Assembly (NCBI GenBank): GCA_018896215.1
Contig: JAHINB010000003.1
Location: forward strand, 3,776-67,775
DNA: 64,000 nucleotides
Reading direction: 5' to 3'
DNA from: Patescibacteria group bacterium
Lineage (GTDB): Bacteria > Patescibacteriota > WWE3 > 0-14-0-20-40-13
The notes beneath the pieces are model-generated. The model was given only the letters and a program-made list of their open reading frames with translations. It was not told the DNA's origin and searched no databases. A program made the translations under genes and the position numbers. Shown piece after piece: positions 1-9,659 of this stretch; position 1 is the stretch's first letter; each line of letters opens with the position of its first letter.

Positions 1-368
1 CCAAAGAAGCACTAGACGAAAGTTTGGAGCGGGAGATAACAAAAAAACGCTCTTTAATCGGTCCGCACAGGGACGATTTTTTGTTTCTTAAAGATGGTTG
101 GGATTTGGGGCTTTATGGTAGCCGAGGAGAACAGCGAACAGCGGTATTTGCTCTAAAACTTTGCGAGCTGGCTTTTTTAGAAAGCAAGATTGAGGGGAGA
201 GTAACTTTACTCTTGGATGATATTTTTTCGGAGCTGGATAAGTTTTATCGAGAAAAAGTGCTGGATACCATAGAGGATAGACAGTCTTTTATTACAACCG
301 CAGAAGAAAACCTAATTCCTAAAAAACTTTTGGATAGGGCAAAACTTTTTAGACTAAATACCCAATGA
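1..368 (+). CDS. recF: DNA replication/repair protein RecF, C-terminal part (truncated by window start)
   Basis: GPHRDD, GSRGEQR and LLLDDIFSELD motifs; frame is open back to position 3. Confidence 0.92.
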   Translation, partial: KEALDESLEREITKKRSLIGPHRDDFLFLKDGWDLGLYGSRGEQRTAVFALKLCELAFLESKIEGRVTLLLDDIFSELDKFYREKVLDTIEDRQSFITTAEENLIPKKLLDRAKLFRLNTQ

Positions 369-2461
369 TAGTTTTATATCTTATTTTAATTGGGACAATA
401 GTTGCCTACCTTTTAACAAAAACTCTTTTGGCGATAAGCTTTTTGGGGCTTTTGCCGATTGTATTTTTGGTTTTTCGCGCCTCAAAAACTTTTAAATTCA
501 GAATTGTCGTTACCCTCAAAAAGGCAACAGTGGCAACACTTATGGTATTTTTAATTCTTTCTAACTTCTGGGCGTTCATATTCTCTATTGGTAACAAGAT
601 ACCCTTTAATCCAGTTGGTTTTAACGAATCTCTTTTGGTTGCTTTGATCATCGGAGTTTTGATTACAGGGGGGATGTATTTAGTGGCGTTTCTGCTGGGA
701 ACAATGGTTAAAGGTGTTGGTTTAATTGAGAAAACAGTCGTGGGATTTTGCTTTTTGTCTTTACTGTTTTTAGTTCTTGCTTCCTTTAAAATCTTTTATA
801 TTCCTTTAATCACCCTTATTTTTATTATTCCAATAATTTTACAAAGGAAACTACTTCATCAATTAGTAATAAATATCAAAAGTACACTCTCTCACCAATG
901 GGTTTTTTCTGGAAACAATGCAATCTATTTTATAATTTTAGTTTTGTTTGGAGGAATACTTCTTACCCAATCATTAAAAGGTTTTGTGGAAGGACCAGAT
1001 GGTTTGCGGGCATATTTAAATTTAACTAAATTTATCGCCCAAAATTTCCGAGTTCCCAGTCCTGGGGCGTTTGTGGGAATTCCTTTTCCCTTCGAACTTC
1101 TATCTGCGTTACCCTTTAAATTGGGTGGAATTCCTGTAGCCAAATTCTTTGCTAATTCTTTTTATCTAGTTTTGTTACTAGAGCTTATTGCCTGCGTAAA
1201 ACTGCTTGGTATTAGGAAAAACGCTTTTCCAATTATCTTTGCTTTAGCTTGCCATCCCATTTTGTACTATTTCTTATCGGTGGAATTTAAGACCGACATC
1301 TTTGTTCTAGTTGTAATGCTTGGAGCGCTTCTTTCGTTTTTCCGCAAGTCGCCAGGGACATTGTTTTTGCTGGTTTTTGCGGTTGTGGCTAAGTTCTCGG
1401 CGATTTTTTTTGCTTTGCCTTTGGGGCTATTTTATCTTGCCACAATATTTAAAACTCATCCGCGCAAAAAATTAATCACCAGTTTGGCTTTTTCCACAAT
1501 CCCGCTGTTGTTTTGGTTGGTGTTTTATCGCGCTTCTTACCCCTTTGTTGGACAATTTGGTTTGTACGGCAGTAACTATTCTTATGATACAAGCCTAACT
1601 GATACCTGTCACAGGGAGATTGAGGCGTACGAGACCACAAAATTCTACGAGGCAAAAAAGGGGTTTTTGGGGATAGTAACTCTCCCCTTTGCCAAACTTT
1701 TTGTGGTCAGCGGTAGGGGCGCGATAACCTCTCTAAACGATCCGGGGGTGTTGTATTTTTTGCTTTTATTACCTTTAATCTACCTCTATGTTAAGAACCG
1801 TCCTAAAGTCCCACCTGTGATTAAATGGGATAACCCTGTCACTGCAATATTTTTAAGCACTTTTATCTCTTTTATTCTTTGGGCAAGTGTTAGATCTGAT
1901 GCCATTTGGTATAACCTTGCGGGGTTTATCTTATTAATTTTATTTTTATATAAAGGTGTAGAAAGAGTAGCAACAGAGAAGCAATTTAATGTCATTGTAA
2001 AATTTGTTGGGTTTATTTCTGTATTACATCTTTTAACCTATATTTTTGTTGATCCCTTTGCAACTTATATTCCAACTAATGTAAACGCCCAAACTCTATA
2101 TGGCGGAGCAATTTTGAAGGAAGCTCGGCAACGCTCGTATGACGATATTTATCAAATAGAAAAGGCCACTAATTTGGATCGCAGAAAGATTTTGTTTTCT
2201 AGTGGAATAGCCTTTGTGCGCTTAAATTACTTTGTGGATAATTCGGCAGAAAGAGTTGTCTATTTTGATGGATTAGACACTGGTAAACTCAAAATTGAGG
2301 ATTTTGGTTGGGGGGTCTATTTTAAATACCCCGATTCATTAAAAATCCCCTGCGTCACAGCAACACAACAGAAAGCCAAGAAGTTGTTTGAATCGGCTGG
2401 AGCTGTGATTGTGGATAACCCTTCCGCCACAGTTTATCGTTTTATAGGGTTTCAACCCTGA
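365..2461 (+). CDS. Large polytopic membrane protein, possibly a GT-C-type glycosyltransferase
   Basis: 698 aa with many hydrophobic helices; DxxxxY loop and K-x-D after a helix resemble GT-C proteins; function inferred. Confidence 0.55.
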   Translation: MIVLYLILIGTIVAYLLTKTLLAISFLGLLPIVFLVFRASKTFKFRIVVTLKKATVATLMVFLILSNFWAFIFSIGNKIPFNPVGFNESLLVALIIGVLITGGMYLVAFLLGTMVKGVGLIEKTVVGFCFLSLLFLVLASFKIFYIPLITLIFIIPIILQRKLLHQLVINIKSTLSHQWVFSGNNAIYFIILVLFGGILLTQSLKGFVEGPDGLRAYLNLTKFIAQNFRVPSPGAFVGIPFPFELLSALPFKLGGIPVAKFFANSFYLVLLLELIACVKLLGIRKNAFPIIFALACHPILYYFLSVEFKTDIFVLVVMLGALLSFFRKSPGTLFLLVFAVVAKFSAIFFALPLGLFYLATIFKTHPRKKLITSLAFSTIPLLFWLVFYRASYPFVGQFGLYGSNYSYDTSLTDTCHREIEAYETTKFYEAKKGFLGIVTLPFAKLFVVSGRGAITSLNDPGVLYFLLLLPLIYLYVKNRPKVPPVIKWDNPVTAIFLSTFISFILWASVRSDAIWYNLAGFILLILFLYKGVERVATEKQFNVIVKFVGFISVLHLLTYIFVDPFATYIPTNVNAQTLYGGAILKEARQRSYDDIYQIEKATNLDRRKILFSSGIAFVRLNYFVDNSAERVVYFDGLDTGKLKIEDFGWGVYFKYPDSLKIPCVTATQQKAKKLFESAGAVIVDNPSATVYRFIGFQP

Positions 2462-2484
2462 GCTTGTCGAAGGGTCAGACCCTA
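2445..2484. repeat. Composite palindrome: GGG-N-CCC REP-like arms joined to a CCCTGAGCTTGTCGAAGGG unit
   Basis: TAGGGTTTCAACCCTGAGCTTGTCGAAGGGTCAGACCCTA; contains the stop codon of the upstream gene. Confidence 0.6.
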
Positions 2485-2542
2485 AAATAATTGGGAATTT
2501 AACCCCCCCATTCCAGTATTTTTCTTGTGATAAAATAATATT

Positions 2543-3088
2543 ATGAAAGCATACAGATTTAGTCCGATAAAGAGCAAAGAAGAATTGTTTGAGGCTATTA
2601 ACCACATACATTTTGAATGTAATAAACTTTGTAAACAATCATTTGGAAAGTATCTTCCCAATGCCGGTAATATGGGTATATTTTGCCATTATGATAATGA
2701 GTATGAATTCTTAATTAATATTAGAAAGGATTTAACAGAACCTTCAAACAGTCCAAACCAAAAATACTTTACACTTTATGAACCTGTTGTCATTCCAGCA
2801 AAAAATGATGTACCAGAAACAACTTATAAATACTTGTATATTAGAAAACCTGATCCATATCGCCACCATGTAGGAGATCTGGATTTTTATTTAGAACCAG
2901 AAAAATACAAAGAACTAAAACAATCTATGATTGGTGGAAGGATGATTAAAGGGGCAAGGGTATTTGATCGTCAAGATCTCGATATGATCGAGTTGTACGA
3001 TCCAGATGTTGATGTTTTAGGTTATGTGAGTACAGAAATCATGTCTACAGCGGTTAGAATCAAGCTTTCCGACGCAACAAAGTTATAA
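2543..3088 (+). CDS. Hypothetical protein (possible VOC/glyoxalase-like fold)
   Basis: 181-aa ORF with extended -10 (TGATAAAAT) 6 nt before the ATG. Confidence 0.7.
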   Translation: MKAYRFSPIKSKEELFEAINHIHFECNKLCKQSFGKYLPNAGNMGIFCHYDNEYEFLINIRKDLTEPSNSPNQKYFTLYEPVVIPAKNDVPETTYKYLYIRKPDPYRHHVGDLDFYLEPEKYKELKQSMIGGRMIKGARVFDRQDLDMIELYDPDVDVLGYVSTEIMSTAVRIKLSDATKL

Positions 3089-3096
3089 AGCTGTGT

Positions 3097-3124
3097 TTGA
3101 CAAAACACATGAATTTGGTATAAT
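3097..3124 (+). promoter_or_regulatory. Sigma70-type promoter
   Basis: TTGACA-16 nt-TATAAT with TGn extension; inverted repeat TGTGTTT..AAACACA overlaps the -35. Confidence 0.7.
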
Positions 3125-3160
3125 CTGAATGTTTAAACATTGGAACTTAGGATAATCTAT

Positions 3161-4291
3161 ATGGCGATAATAGCACGAGATATATCAAAGATAGTAGAGA
3201 AATACCTCTTTAAGGGGAAGATAATTATTGTTTATGGGGCTCGCCAAGTAGGCAAAACAACCCTTGTAAGAAACATCCTTAATTCCAGCGATAGCTCCAA
3301 TGGCTATTTTAATTGTGAATTGCTAAGTGTAAAAAGGCAATTGGAGTCTTTAGAGCCTTACAAAACAAAGGAGTTTTTGGGTGATAGCAAAATAATAATT
3401 CTTGATGAAGCTCAGAAAGTAGAAAATATTGGTTTGGCGTTAAAGCAATTAATTGATACCTTTCCAGATATTCAGATAGTAGCTACTGGGTCGTCAAGTT
3501 TTGATCTGTCAAACAAGATTAACGAGCCTTTAACTGGTCGTGCTTTTGAATTTAAGTTATACCCTTTATCTATTCAGGAACTCGTTAAATACTCCGATAA
3601 AAAAATAGTTTTGGAATCATTGGACAAAATACTAACTTATGGTTTATATCCCGAGGTATATTTGTCTGGTAGGAACTTAGCCCAAAAGCTTATAGAGACT
3701 ATATCCAGTCAGTACTTGTATAAAGATGTTTTAGAAATTGAGCAAATAAAAAAGCCACAAACAATTATTCGTTTGTTAGAGTTACTGGCTATGCAATTGG
3801 GAAGTGAAGTGTCGATCACCGAATTAGCCACAACCTTGCAAATTAACTACGATACTGTAGAGCGATACCTGGATTTGCTGGAAAAGTCCTTTGTAATCTT
3901 TAGACTAAGGTCTTTTAGTCGCAACTTAAGAAAAGAAATAACCAAAAAACATAAAGTGTACTTTTATGATGTTGGAATAAGAAATGCCATTTTAAATAGG
4001 TATAACGCATTGTCTTTAAGGGAAGATATTGGTGGGTTGTGGGAGAATTTTCTTATCGCCGAAAGAATTAAATACTTGGATGGTAAAGAAATACCGTTTA
4101 ATAATTACTTCTGGCGAACCCACGATCAAAAAGAAGTTGATTATATAGAAGAAATAAATGGCAAGATACATGCCTACGAATTTAAATGGAAAGAAGAGGG
4201 AGCTAAAATCCCCGTGGAGTTTTTAAACACCTATAAAAACGCTTCGTTTAAGGTAATAAATAAAGACAACTTTTTGTCTTTTCTTGTTTAA
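3161..4291 (+). CDS. AAA+ ATPase, AAA_14/DUF4143 (COG1373) family with C-terminal PD-(D/E)XK-like domain
   Basis: Walker A GARQVGKT, Walker B ILDEAQ, TGSSS, KVYFYDVG, EVDYI..AYEFK. Confidence 0.9.
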   Translation: MAIIARDISKIVEKYLFKGKIIIVYGARQVGKTTLVRNILNSSDSSNGYFNCELLSVKRQLESLEPYKTKEFLGDSKIIILDEAQKVENIGLALKQLIDTFPDIQIVATGSSSFDLSNKINEPLTGRAFEFKLYPLSIQELVKYSDKKIVLESLDKILTYGLYPEVYLSGRNLAQKLIETISSQYLYKDVLEIEQIKKPQTIIRLLELLAMQLGSEVSITELATTLQINYDTVERYLDLLEKSFVIFRLRSFSRNLRKEITKKHKVYFYDVGIRNAILNRYNALSLREDIGGLWENFLIAERIKYLDGKEIPFNNYFWRTHDQKEVDYIEEINGKIHAYEFKWKEEGAKIPVEFLNTYKNASFKVINKDNFLSFLV

Positions 4292-4307
4292 ATCTACCAC
4301 CGTTTAA

Positions 4308-4339
4308 TAGGGTTGAACCCCATTTAGGGTTCAACCCTA
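4308..4339. repeat. REP-like palindrome, core TTGAA
   Basis: TAGGGTTGAACCC-CATTTA-GGGTTCAACCCTA. Confidence 0.8.
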
Positions 4340-4384
4340 AAACAAGTAATATACCCAGTTTATTCTAAAGGAGATTTAGTCACT

Positions 4385-5002
4385 ATGAATCCAGCAGATA
4401 AAGAAAAACAGACGATAGATTTTTATGATAGAAAAGCCGAAGAGTGGGCAAACGCTCATTCTGGCTACGAAAAGATTTCTTGGTGGATAGAAGAAATGCA
4501 GATATTTCATAACCTTCTGCCTACTGGTAAAATCCTGGAAATTGGGGCTGGAACAGGGAGAGACGCTTCAAATCTAGTAGATTTAGGTTACGACTACACA
4601 GGAACAGACGCTTCGTTTGGTCTTCTGGAAATTGCGAAAAAAAGAAACCCGCAAGTAAACTTTAAATTGGTAGGGGTATGCGAATTGGACTTTCCGAAAC
4701 ACGAATTTGATGGGTTTTAGACTGTAGCAACCCTTTTGCATATACCTAAAAACACTATCGATAAGGCGTTGCAGATTATCAGAACCCAAATTAAGCCTAA
4801 TGGGATAGGTTTTATATCATTGAAGGCTGGAGCAGATGAAAGGGAGGATTCGGAAACAGGAAGGTGGTTTTCTTATTACTCACTAAAGGAGTTTAAAAAA
4901 CTACTCGAAAAAAACGGATTTGAGGTGATAAAGCAAAAGACACGCAAGGGGGAAAGAGATTGGTGGCTGTGTTATTGGGTTAAGACAAAAGCCAATGTTT
5001 AG
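4385..5002 (+). pseudogene. Class I SAM-dependent methyltransferase interrupted by one in-frame TAG (4718-4720)
   Basis: ILEIGAGTG motif I; reads FDGF*TVATLLHIPK where homologs have Trp; ORFs 4385-4720 and 4736-5002 are in the same frame. Confidence 0.8.
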
Positions 5003-5030
5003 CTTAATTTGAGTGTGATAGAATAATGTC

Positions 5031-5606
5031 ATGGTTGCATTTTCTGCATTTTTGGAATCTCCAAAAAATGTTAGTTTTGAATCTCAAGAAAAGGGGGAAT
5101 TGATTATCTTTTTGCTAAGAAGGCATTGGATTACTAATGTTCCTTGGATACTCTTTTCTTTTGTGTTACTCTCCTTTCCACTTTTGTATCGGGTAATTTT
5201 ATCTAATGACAGCTTTTTTTCTTTGCTACCTTCCAAGTACGCTCTAGTTGCTGGACTAATTTGGTATTTGTTTACCTTTTTATTTATTTTAGAAAACTAT
5301 TTAATTTGGTATTTTAATGTTTACATTTTGACGGATAAACGGGTCATCGACATGGACTTTTACGGCATAATCCACAAAAAAGTTTCCGAAACACCACTTC
5401 GCAACATAGAAGATTCTACCTACTTTGTAAGTGGTATATTCCCAACACTTTTTGATTTTGGAAATATTAAAATTCAGACTGCAGCCGAATCCCCCGAGTT
5501 TGAATTTGAACAGGTTCCAAACCCTGCCCAAGTTCACGATAGAATAAACGATTTAATAACAGATATTCATAAAACAAGAGGGAGGACAAAAAGTGGAAGC
5601 AAATAA
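5031..5606 (+). CDS. Membrane protein with bacterial PH domain
   Basis: RRHW, two TM helices, YILTDKRVID, FDFGNIKIQTA, VPNP motifs. Confidence 0.8.
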   Translation: MVAFSAFLESPKNVSFESQEKGELIIFLLRRHWITNVPWILFSFVLLSFPLLYRVILSNDSFFSLLPSKYALVAGLIWYLFTFLFILENYLIWYFNVYILTDKRVIDMDFYGIIHKKVSETPLRNIEDSTYFVSGIFPTLFDFGNIKIQTAAESPEFEFEQVPNPAQVHDRINDLITDIHKTRGRTKSGSK

Positions 5607-5862
5607 CCCCTTGGATCTTTCAATCCAAATACCTTTTCCTAATATCAATATCTCTGTGAGTGTGTGGTATGTAATTGAGCTCCTTCTAATTTTGGCATTT
5701 ATAATTTACATTAGCTTTGCGGCATTGGTGGTAAAACAGGTGTATATTATGGACGAGGCGTTGTCTACCGGTGGGGTATCATCTTACCTAAAAACTTTTG
5801 CTTGGTTACACTTTGTGGCGTCAATAATGGTTTTTGTATTTGTACTGTTTTATTTATTGTAA
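5593..5862 (+). CDS. Small two-TM protein (DUF5657-like, CPR-typical)
   Basis: YISFAALVVKQVYIMD pattern; overlaps the upstream gene. Confidence 0.6.
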   Translation: MEANNPLDLSIQIPFPNINISVSVWYVIELLLILAFIIYISFAALVVKQVYIMDEALSTGGVSSYLKTFAWLHFVASIMVFVFVLFYLL

Positions 5863-7509
5863 ATGGAATCAACATTTTCGGTTCGGACACAACAAATTAT
5901 TGGATCGCCTAACCCTCTGCGCGGAGGATTGTGTCGTATTTTAGATATAACTCCGGACTCCTCCGAAGTCTTCGAATCTCGAGGTCGCATGTTTGTACTT
6001 TTGGAACTTTATGATGCTTCGGCTTCTTGTGATCTTACCCTTACCATGTCGCTGATTGCCGACGCTTTGCAAGAATCTTACTTTAGTGTTTTGGATGGAA
6101 CGCCAATTACAGCTTTAGAAAAGGCTGTTTTAGATGTCAAACAAAAGCTTGCGGCGTTGCAACAAAGTTCGGCAAACCCCGCATCATCGCTTTATATTGG
6201 ACTTTCAGTCGTGGTGGTTTGGGGCAAGGTGGTTTATATTTCCCAACTTGGGGATAACAGCATCACGCTTTTGCGCAAAGGAGAACAGAAAGTTATTGCC
6301 GAAAAAGCTGGGGGCGATGTGAATGTTTCTTCGGGAATTTTGGAGGAGGGGGATGTTTTAATCTGCGCTACCGATAATTTTGTTAAAAGATTTCCTTATG
6401 ACTTTATTGTTAAAAACAGTTCTCGTATAGAGCAGGAGGTAGGCTCGTTTGAAGACTCACAAAGGCTTGGTTGCCTTATTGTTTCGGTTGCGACTAAGAA
6501 TATTCTTGCCAAAAGCAGTTTGGTAAATATTATTACCCCCAAAAGAAGTAAGCCAAAAAAGATTTCCAAAAAAGCTGTTTCTGCGGTAGTAGCAGTTGCT
6601 ACAGCAATGTCTTTAATTGGAGTTATCTTTTCGAGACCAATTTCAATTAAAAAGGACGAGAATAACATAGCACAACAAACAGAAAGTACGGTGTCGATTT
6701 CTCAAGTAGAAACAAGTCAAGATGTAATACCTACACCTCTCGTTGACTTTAAAAGGAGACTTGCTAAAGACATAAATCTTTTGAGCTTTGTAGTTTTAGG
6801 TAAAACCGTATCGGCAGTTGTGCAGGACAGTGGGGAGGGATACATAGTGGATTTAGAGTCAGATGAAACAGATGGGATAAAAGAACTAGAAATCTCGCAA
6901 AGCAAAGTGTACGGGCTTTCTTATTTAGAGGGCAAGTACTATATCTTAACCGAGGGTGGCGTTTACGCAGGAGGGGATTTGTCAACCATGGTTTTGCAGA
7001 AAGTTAATGGAGACCTTCCAAAAGATATTACAGGCTTTGCAGTTTACAACGGCAATATTTACATTTTATCCCCCGCCGAAAACCAAATTTATAAGCTTGC
7101 GGCAACAGCGGATGGGTATGCTGTTAGCTCTTGGATTACGGGAGAGGTGGCAATTGCTTCTGCCAAAAGTATTGCGGTTGATTACTATGCTTTCGTGCTT
7201 TTGCGAGACGGAACGGTGCTACAACTTTTAAAGGGTGAGAAAACTAATTGGAGTTTAACCAATGCTCCAGCAACTACCGTCGATGCTATCAGCTTATTTG
7301 CTCCTTCCGAAACAACCTATCTTTATCTGCTTTACAGTAATGGGGAGGTGGCACAGTTTAGTAAAGAGGGCGTTTTTGTAAAAACATTTAAATCGGGCAA
7401 GTCTTTAGAAAAAGCGGAAATAAAAAGCTTTTTTGTTGACGAAAGCAATGCCGAATCTCCACAAATTTATCTTTTAAACTCTAATCAGGTATTTAAGCTT
7501 GAGGACTAG
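5863..7509 (+). CDS. Membrane-anchored protein: degenerate PP2C-like N-terminus, TM helix, beta-propeller-like C-terminus
   Basis: VYISQLGD..LLRKG, SGILEEGDVLICATD; repeated GNIYIL / IAVD..FVL / LYLL blades. Confidence 0.65.
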   Translation: MESTFSVRTQQIIGSPNPLRGGLCRILDITPDSSEVFESRGRMFVLLELYDASASCDLTLTMSLIADALQESYFSVLDGTPITALEKAVLDVKQKLAALQQSSANPASSLYIGLSVVVVWGKVVYISQLGDNSITLLRKGEQKVIAEKAGGDVNVSSGILEEGDVLICATDNFVKRFPYDFIVKNSSRIEQEVGSFEDSQRLGCLIVSVATKNILAKSSLVNIITPKRSKPKKISKKAVSAVVAVATAMSLIGVIFSRPISIKKDENNIAQQTESTVSISQVETSQDVIPTPLVDFKRRLAKDINLLSFVVLGKTVSAVVQDSGEGYIVDLESDETDGIKELEISQSKVYGLSYLEGKYYILTEGGVYAGGDLSTMVLQKVNGDLPKDITGFAVYNGNIYILSPAENQIYKLAATADGYAVSSWITGEVAIASAKSIAVDYYAFVLLRDGTVLQLLKGEKTNWSLTNAPATTVDAISLFAPSETTYLYLLYSNGEVAQFSKEGVFVKTFKSGKSLEKAEIKSFFVDESNAESPQIYLLNSNQVFKLED

Positions 7510-7532
7510 CGATTTTTTTGGTATAATAACCT

Positions 7533-7988
7533 TTGCCGATGCCTGTAATTGCTGAAAACAAAAAGGCCTACTTTGAATATTTTATCGAAAAGGAATTTGA
7601 AGCGGGTTTAAAGCTGTTAGGGCACGAGGTTAAAGCTTGCAGATTGCAAGGAGCGTCCCTTGTGGGATCGTTCGTTCGGGTGGTAAAAAATGAAGCGTTT
7701 GTAATAAATGTTCTAATTCCAGTGTATAAAAAGGCTGGTGGGTCAGTAGTAGGATTGTACGACCCAAAAAGATCTCGCAAGCTCCTTTTGCATAAAGGAG
7801 AAATAAATGCCATAATTGGCGCACAAAGTCGCAAGGGATATGCGATTGTACCTTTAAAACTTTATACGGAAGGTGATTTGATAAAAATTAAGATTGGGAT
7901 TGGGCGGGGCAAAAAGTTGTATGATAAGAGGGAAGAGTTAAAGAAAAGACAGATTCAAAGAGAGATGATGAGAGAAGCTAAAGAATAG
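7533..7988 (+). CDS. smpB: SsrA-binding protein SmpB
   Basis: NKKAYFEY, EAGLKLLGHEVK, RSRKLLLHK, GKKLYDKRE; adjacent to tmRNA. Confidence 0.97.
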   Translation: MPMPVIAENKKAYFEYFIEKEFEAGLKLLGHEVKACRLQGASLVGSFVRVVKNEAFVINVLIPVYKKAGGSVVGLYDPKRSRKLLLHKGEINAIIGAQSRKGYAIVPLKLYTEGDLIKIKIGIGRGKKLYDKREELKKRQIQREMMREAKE

Positions 7989-8002
7989 CGAGATTATAAT
8001 TA

Positions 8003-8045
8003 GCCCATCCTTCGTTCCGACATGTGGTCGGAACTTCGGAGGGCA
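8003..8045. repeat. CTWCG-type nested hairpin repeat
   Basis: GCCCATCCTTCG-TTCCGAC..GTCGGAA-CTTCGGAGGGCA; similar to 8576-8617 and 16779-16818. Confidence 0.6.
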
Positions 8046-8088
8046 TTGTAAATTCTAAGTTCGCTGTTGCTCTCTAAGACTTTACAAT

Positions 8089-8486
8089 GGGGATGATGGG
8101 AATCGATTGGTAAACAAGGCGTAAAAATCAAGCCGAAAATGTTGGGTATTTTCGTTAAGATCCCAACAAAACACAAATGCTGAAGAAGCAAGTTTCGTTC
8201 CTGTAGAAGAGTACGCTTTGGCGTACGCCTAAACAGGTGTTTGGCGCCGTTTTCTTTTAGCGGACGCGCCAGGCACAACCAGAGCTAAAAGAGGTTAGAA
8301 TAGTTATGCAGGTTATCTATATTTTAATCTGATTGGGTTTCCAATCGAACTTATAACCCGGTGAGGGGGTTTTTCTTGTTCTTTTACCCCCAAAATCGCG
8401 ACTTCATTAAAAGAATAAACAAGCTTGTAAAAATTTTTGCGATATTGTTTGTCAACACGGGGGTTCAACTCCCCCCATCTCCACCA
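8089..8486 (+). ncRNA. ssrA: tmRNA; predicted tag (A)AEEASFVPVEEYALAYA* at 8179-8232
   Basis: 5' GGGGATG pairs with 3' CATCTCC-ACCA (G3-U70 Ala identity); T-arm GGGGGTTCAACTCCCCC; tag ORF ends in YALAYA; follows smpB. Confidence 0.95.
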
Positions 8487-8575
8487 TGCTTCACTAAAGT
8501 TTCGCATGGCGCAGCCACATATAAGGAATTTTCCAAATCGGCGAAGCCATGAGAAAATTTAGGCTGAAGCATGAG

Positions 8576-8617
8576 TGCCCTTCGTAGCTCCGAACTAAGC
8601 GAGGAGCGTAGTAGGGC
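8576..8617. repeat. CTWCG-type nested hairpin repeat upstream of the GIY-YIG gene
   Basis: Reverse complement is GCCCTACTACGCTC..GAGCTACGAAGGGCA. Confidence 0.65.
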
Positions 8618-8630
8618 TATTGTTATGTCC

Positions 8631-8900
8631 ATGTACTATGTATATATAATTCAGAGTGTATCCAACCCAAATAAAACTTATGTTGGATATACAGAGGATC
8701 TCAAAAAGAGAATCTTTGAACATAATATTGGAGCGAACAAATCTACAGAAAATTTTAAACCGTGGAAGCTTCTTTCCTACATAGCCCTTACAGATAAATA
8801 TCAAGCGTTACAATTAGAGAAGTATCTAAAACAAGGATCTGGAAAAGCTTTTATGAACAAGCATCTAATAACTATAAGCTCCCCCCATGAACAACTATAA
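8631..8900 (+). CDS. Small GIY-YIG nuclease
   Basis: YYVYII..TYVGYTEDLKKRIFEHN, ALQLEKYLKQGSG; start set to the ATG after the repeat. Confidence 0.88.
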   Translation: MYYVYIIQSVSNPNKTYVGYTEDLKKRIFEHNIGANKSTENFKPWKLLSYIALTDKYQALQLEKYLKQGSGKAFMNKHLITISSPHEQL

Positions 8901-9657
8901 GATACCACATCACAAACACCCTTATATAAAGCGGATATTTGGCATTGTTAATAAGTGGTTAACAGTCATATACAACTGGATTTTGGACTTTGTTTTTCCT
9001 AAAAAATGCGTCGGTTGCAAAATCGACGGTTCGTTTTTATGTTCCGCTTGCGAAGGAAAAATCGAGTATCTAACAACCCAAGTTTGTCTTGTTTGTCAAA
9101 AGCCCTCCGTTAAAGGTTTTACTCATCCAAATTGCGCCACAATTTACACCCCTGAACGCCTTTACAGCCCTTTTGTTTATAAGGGAGTTATCAGAAATGC
9201 TATTTTGGAAACTAAGTACTCCGGGGCTTTTGCGGTTTTGGATCCGCTTTTAAATATCTTTGTTGAGGCAGTTTTGGAATCAGCGCTTGAAATTGGGGAT
9301 AAAGCAATAGTCATCCCCATTCCGTTGCATAGATCCCGTTATACCAAGAGGGGTTTTAATCAGGCAACATATATTGCGAGCAGAATTGCTGACGCCTTTA
9401 ATGTTTCCTGCCATACCAATATTTTACAAAGAATTGTTAATACTAAATCGCAAGTTGGTTTGGATAAAGAAGCAAGACGGGAGAATGTTAAAAATGCCTT
9501 TGGTATCAACCCCAAAACTTCCTCGATTCTCAAAGATTCTGATATTGTTTTGGTGGATGATGTGGGAACCTCGGGAGCAACCATGCTTTCCGCCTCAAAA
9601 GCTCTAAAACGAGCCGGTTGCAGGTATATTTATTGCCTTTGCCTGGCTAAAGATTAG
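8887..9657 (+). CDS. comF: ComF-family competence protein (zinc ribbon + PRTase domain)
   Basis: FPKKCVGC, LCSAC, PIPLH..RGFNQA, VLVDDVGTSGATM. Confidence 0.9.
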   Translation: MNNYKIPHHKHPYIKRIFGIVNKWLTVIYNWILDFVFPKKCVGCKIDGSFLCSACEGKIEYLTTQVCLVCQKPSVKGFTHPNCATIYTPERLYSPFVYKGVIRNAILETKYSGAFAVLDPLLNIFVEAVLESALEIGDKAIVIPIPLHRSRYTKRGFNQATYIASRIADAFNVSCHTNILQRIVNTKSQVGLDKEARRENVKNAFGINPKTSSILKDSDIVLVDDVGTSGATMLSASKALKRAGCRYIYCLCLAKD

Positions 9658-9659
9658 CT

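Noticed and set aside
8000-8630. ORFs 8000-8278, 8313-8507, 8361-8552 and the N-terminal extension of 8571-8900
   Set aside because: Shadow frames over tmRNA and the hairpin repeats.
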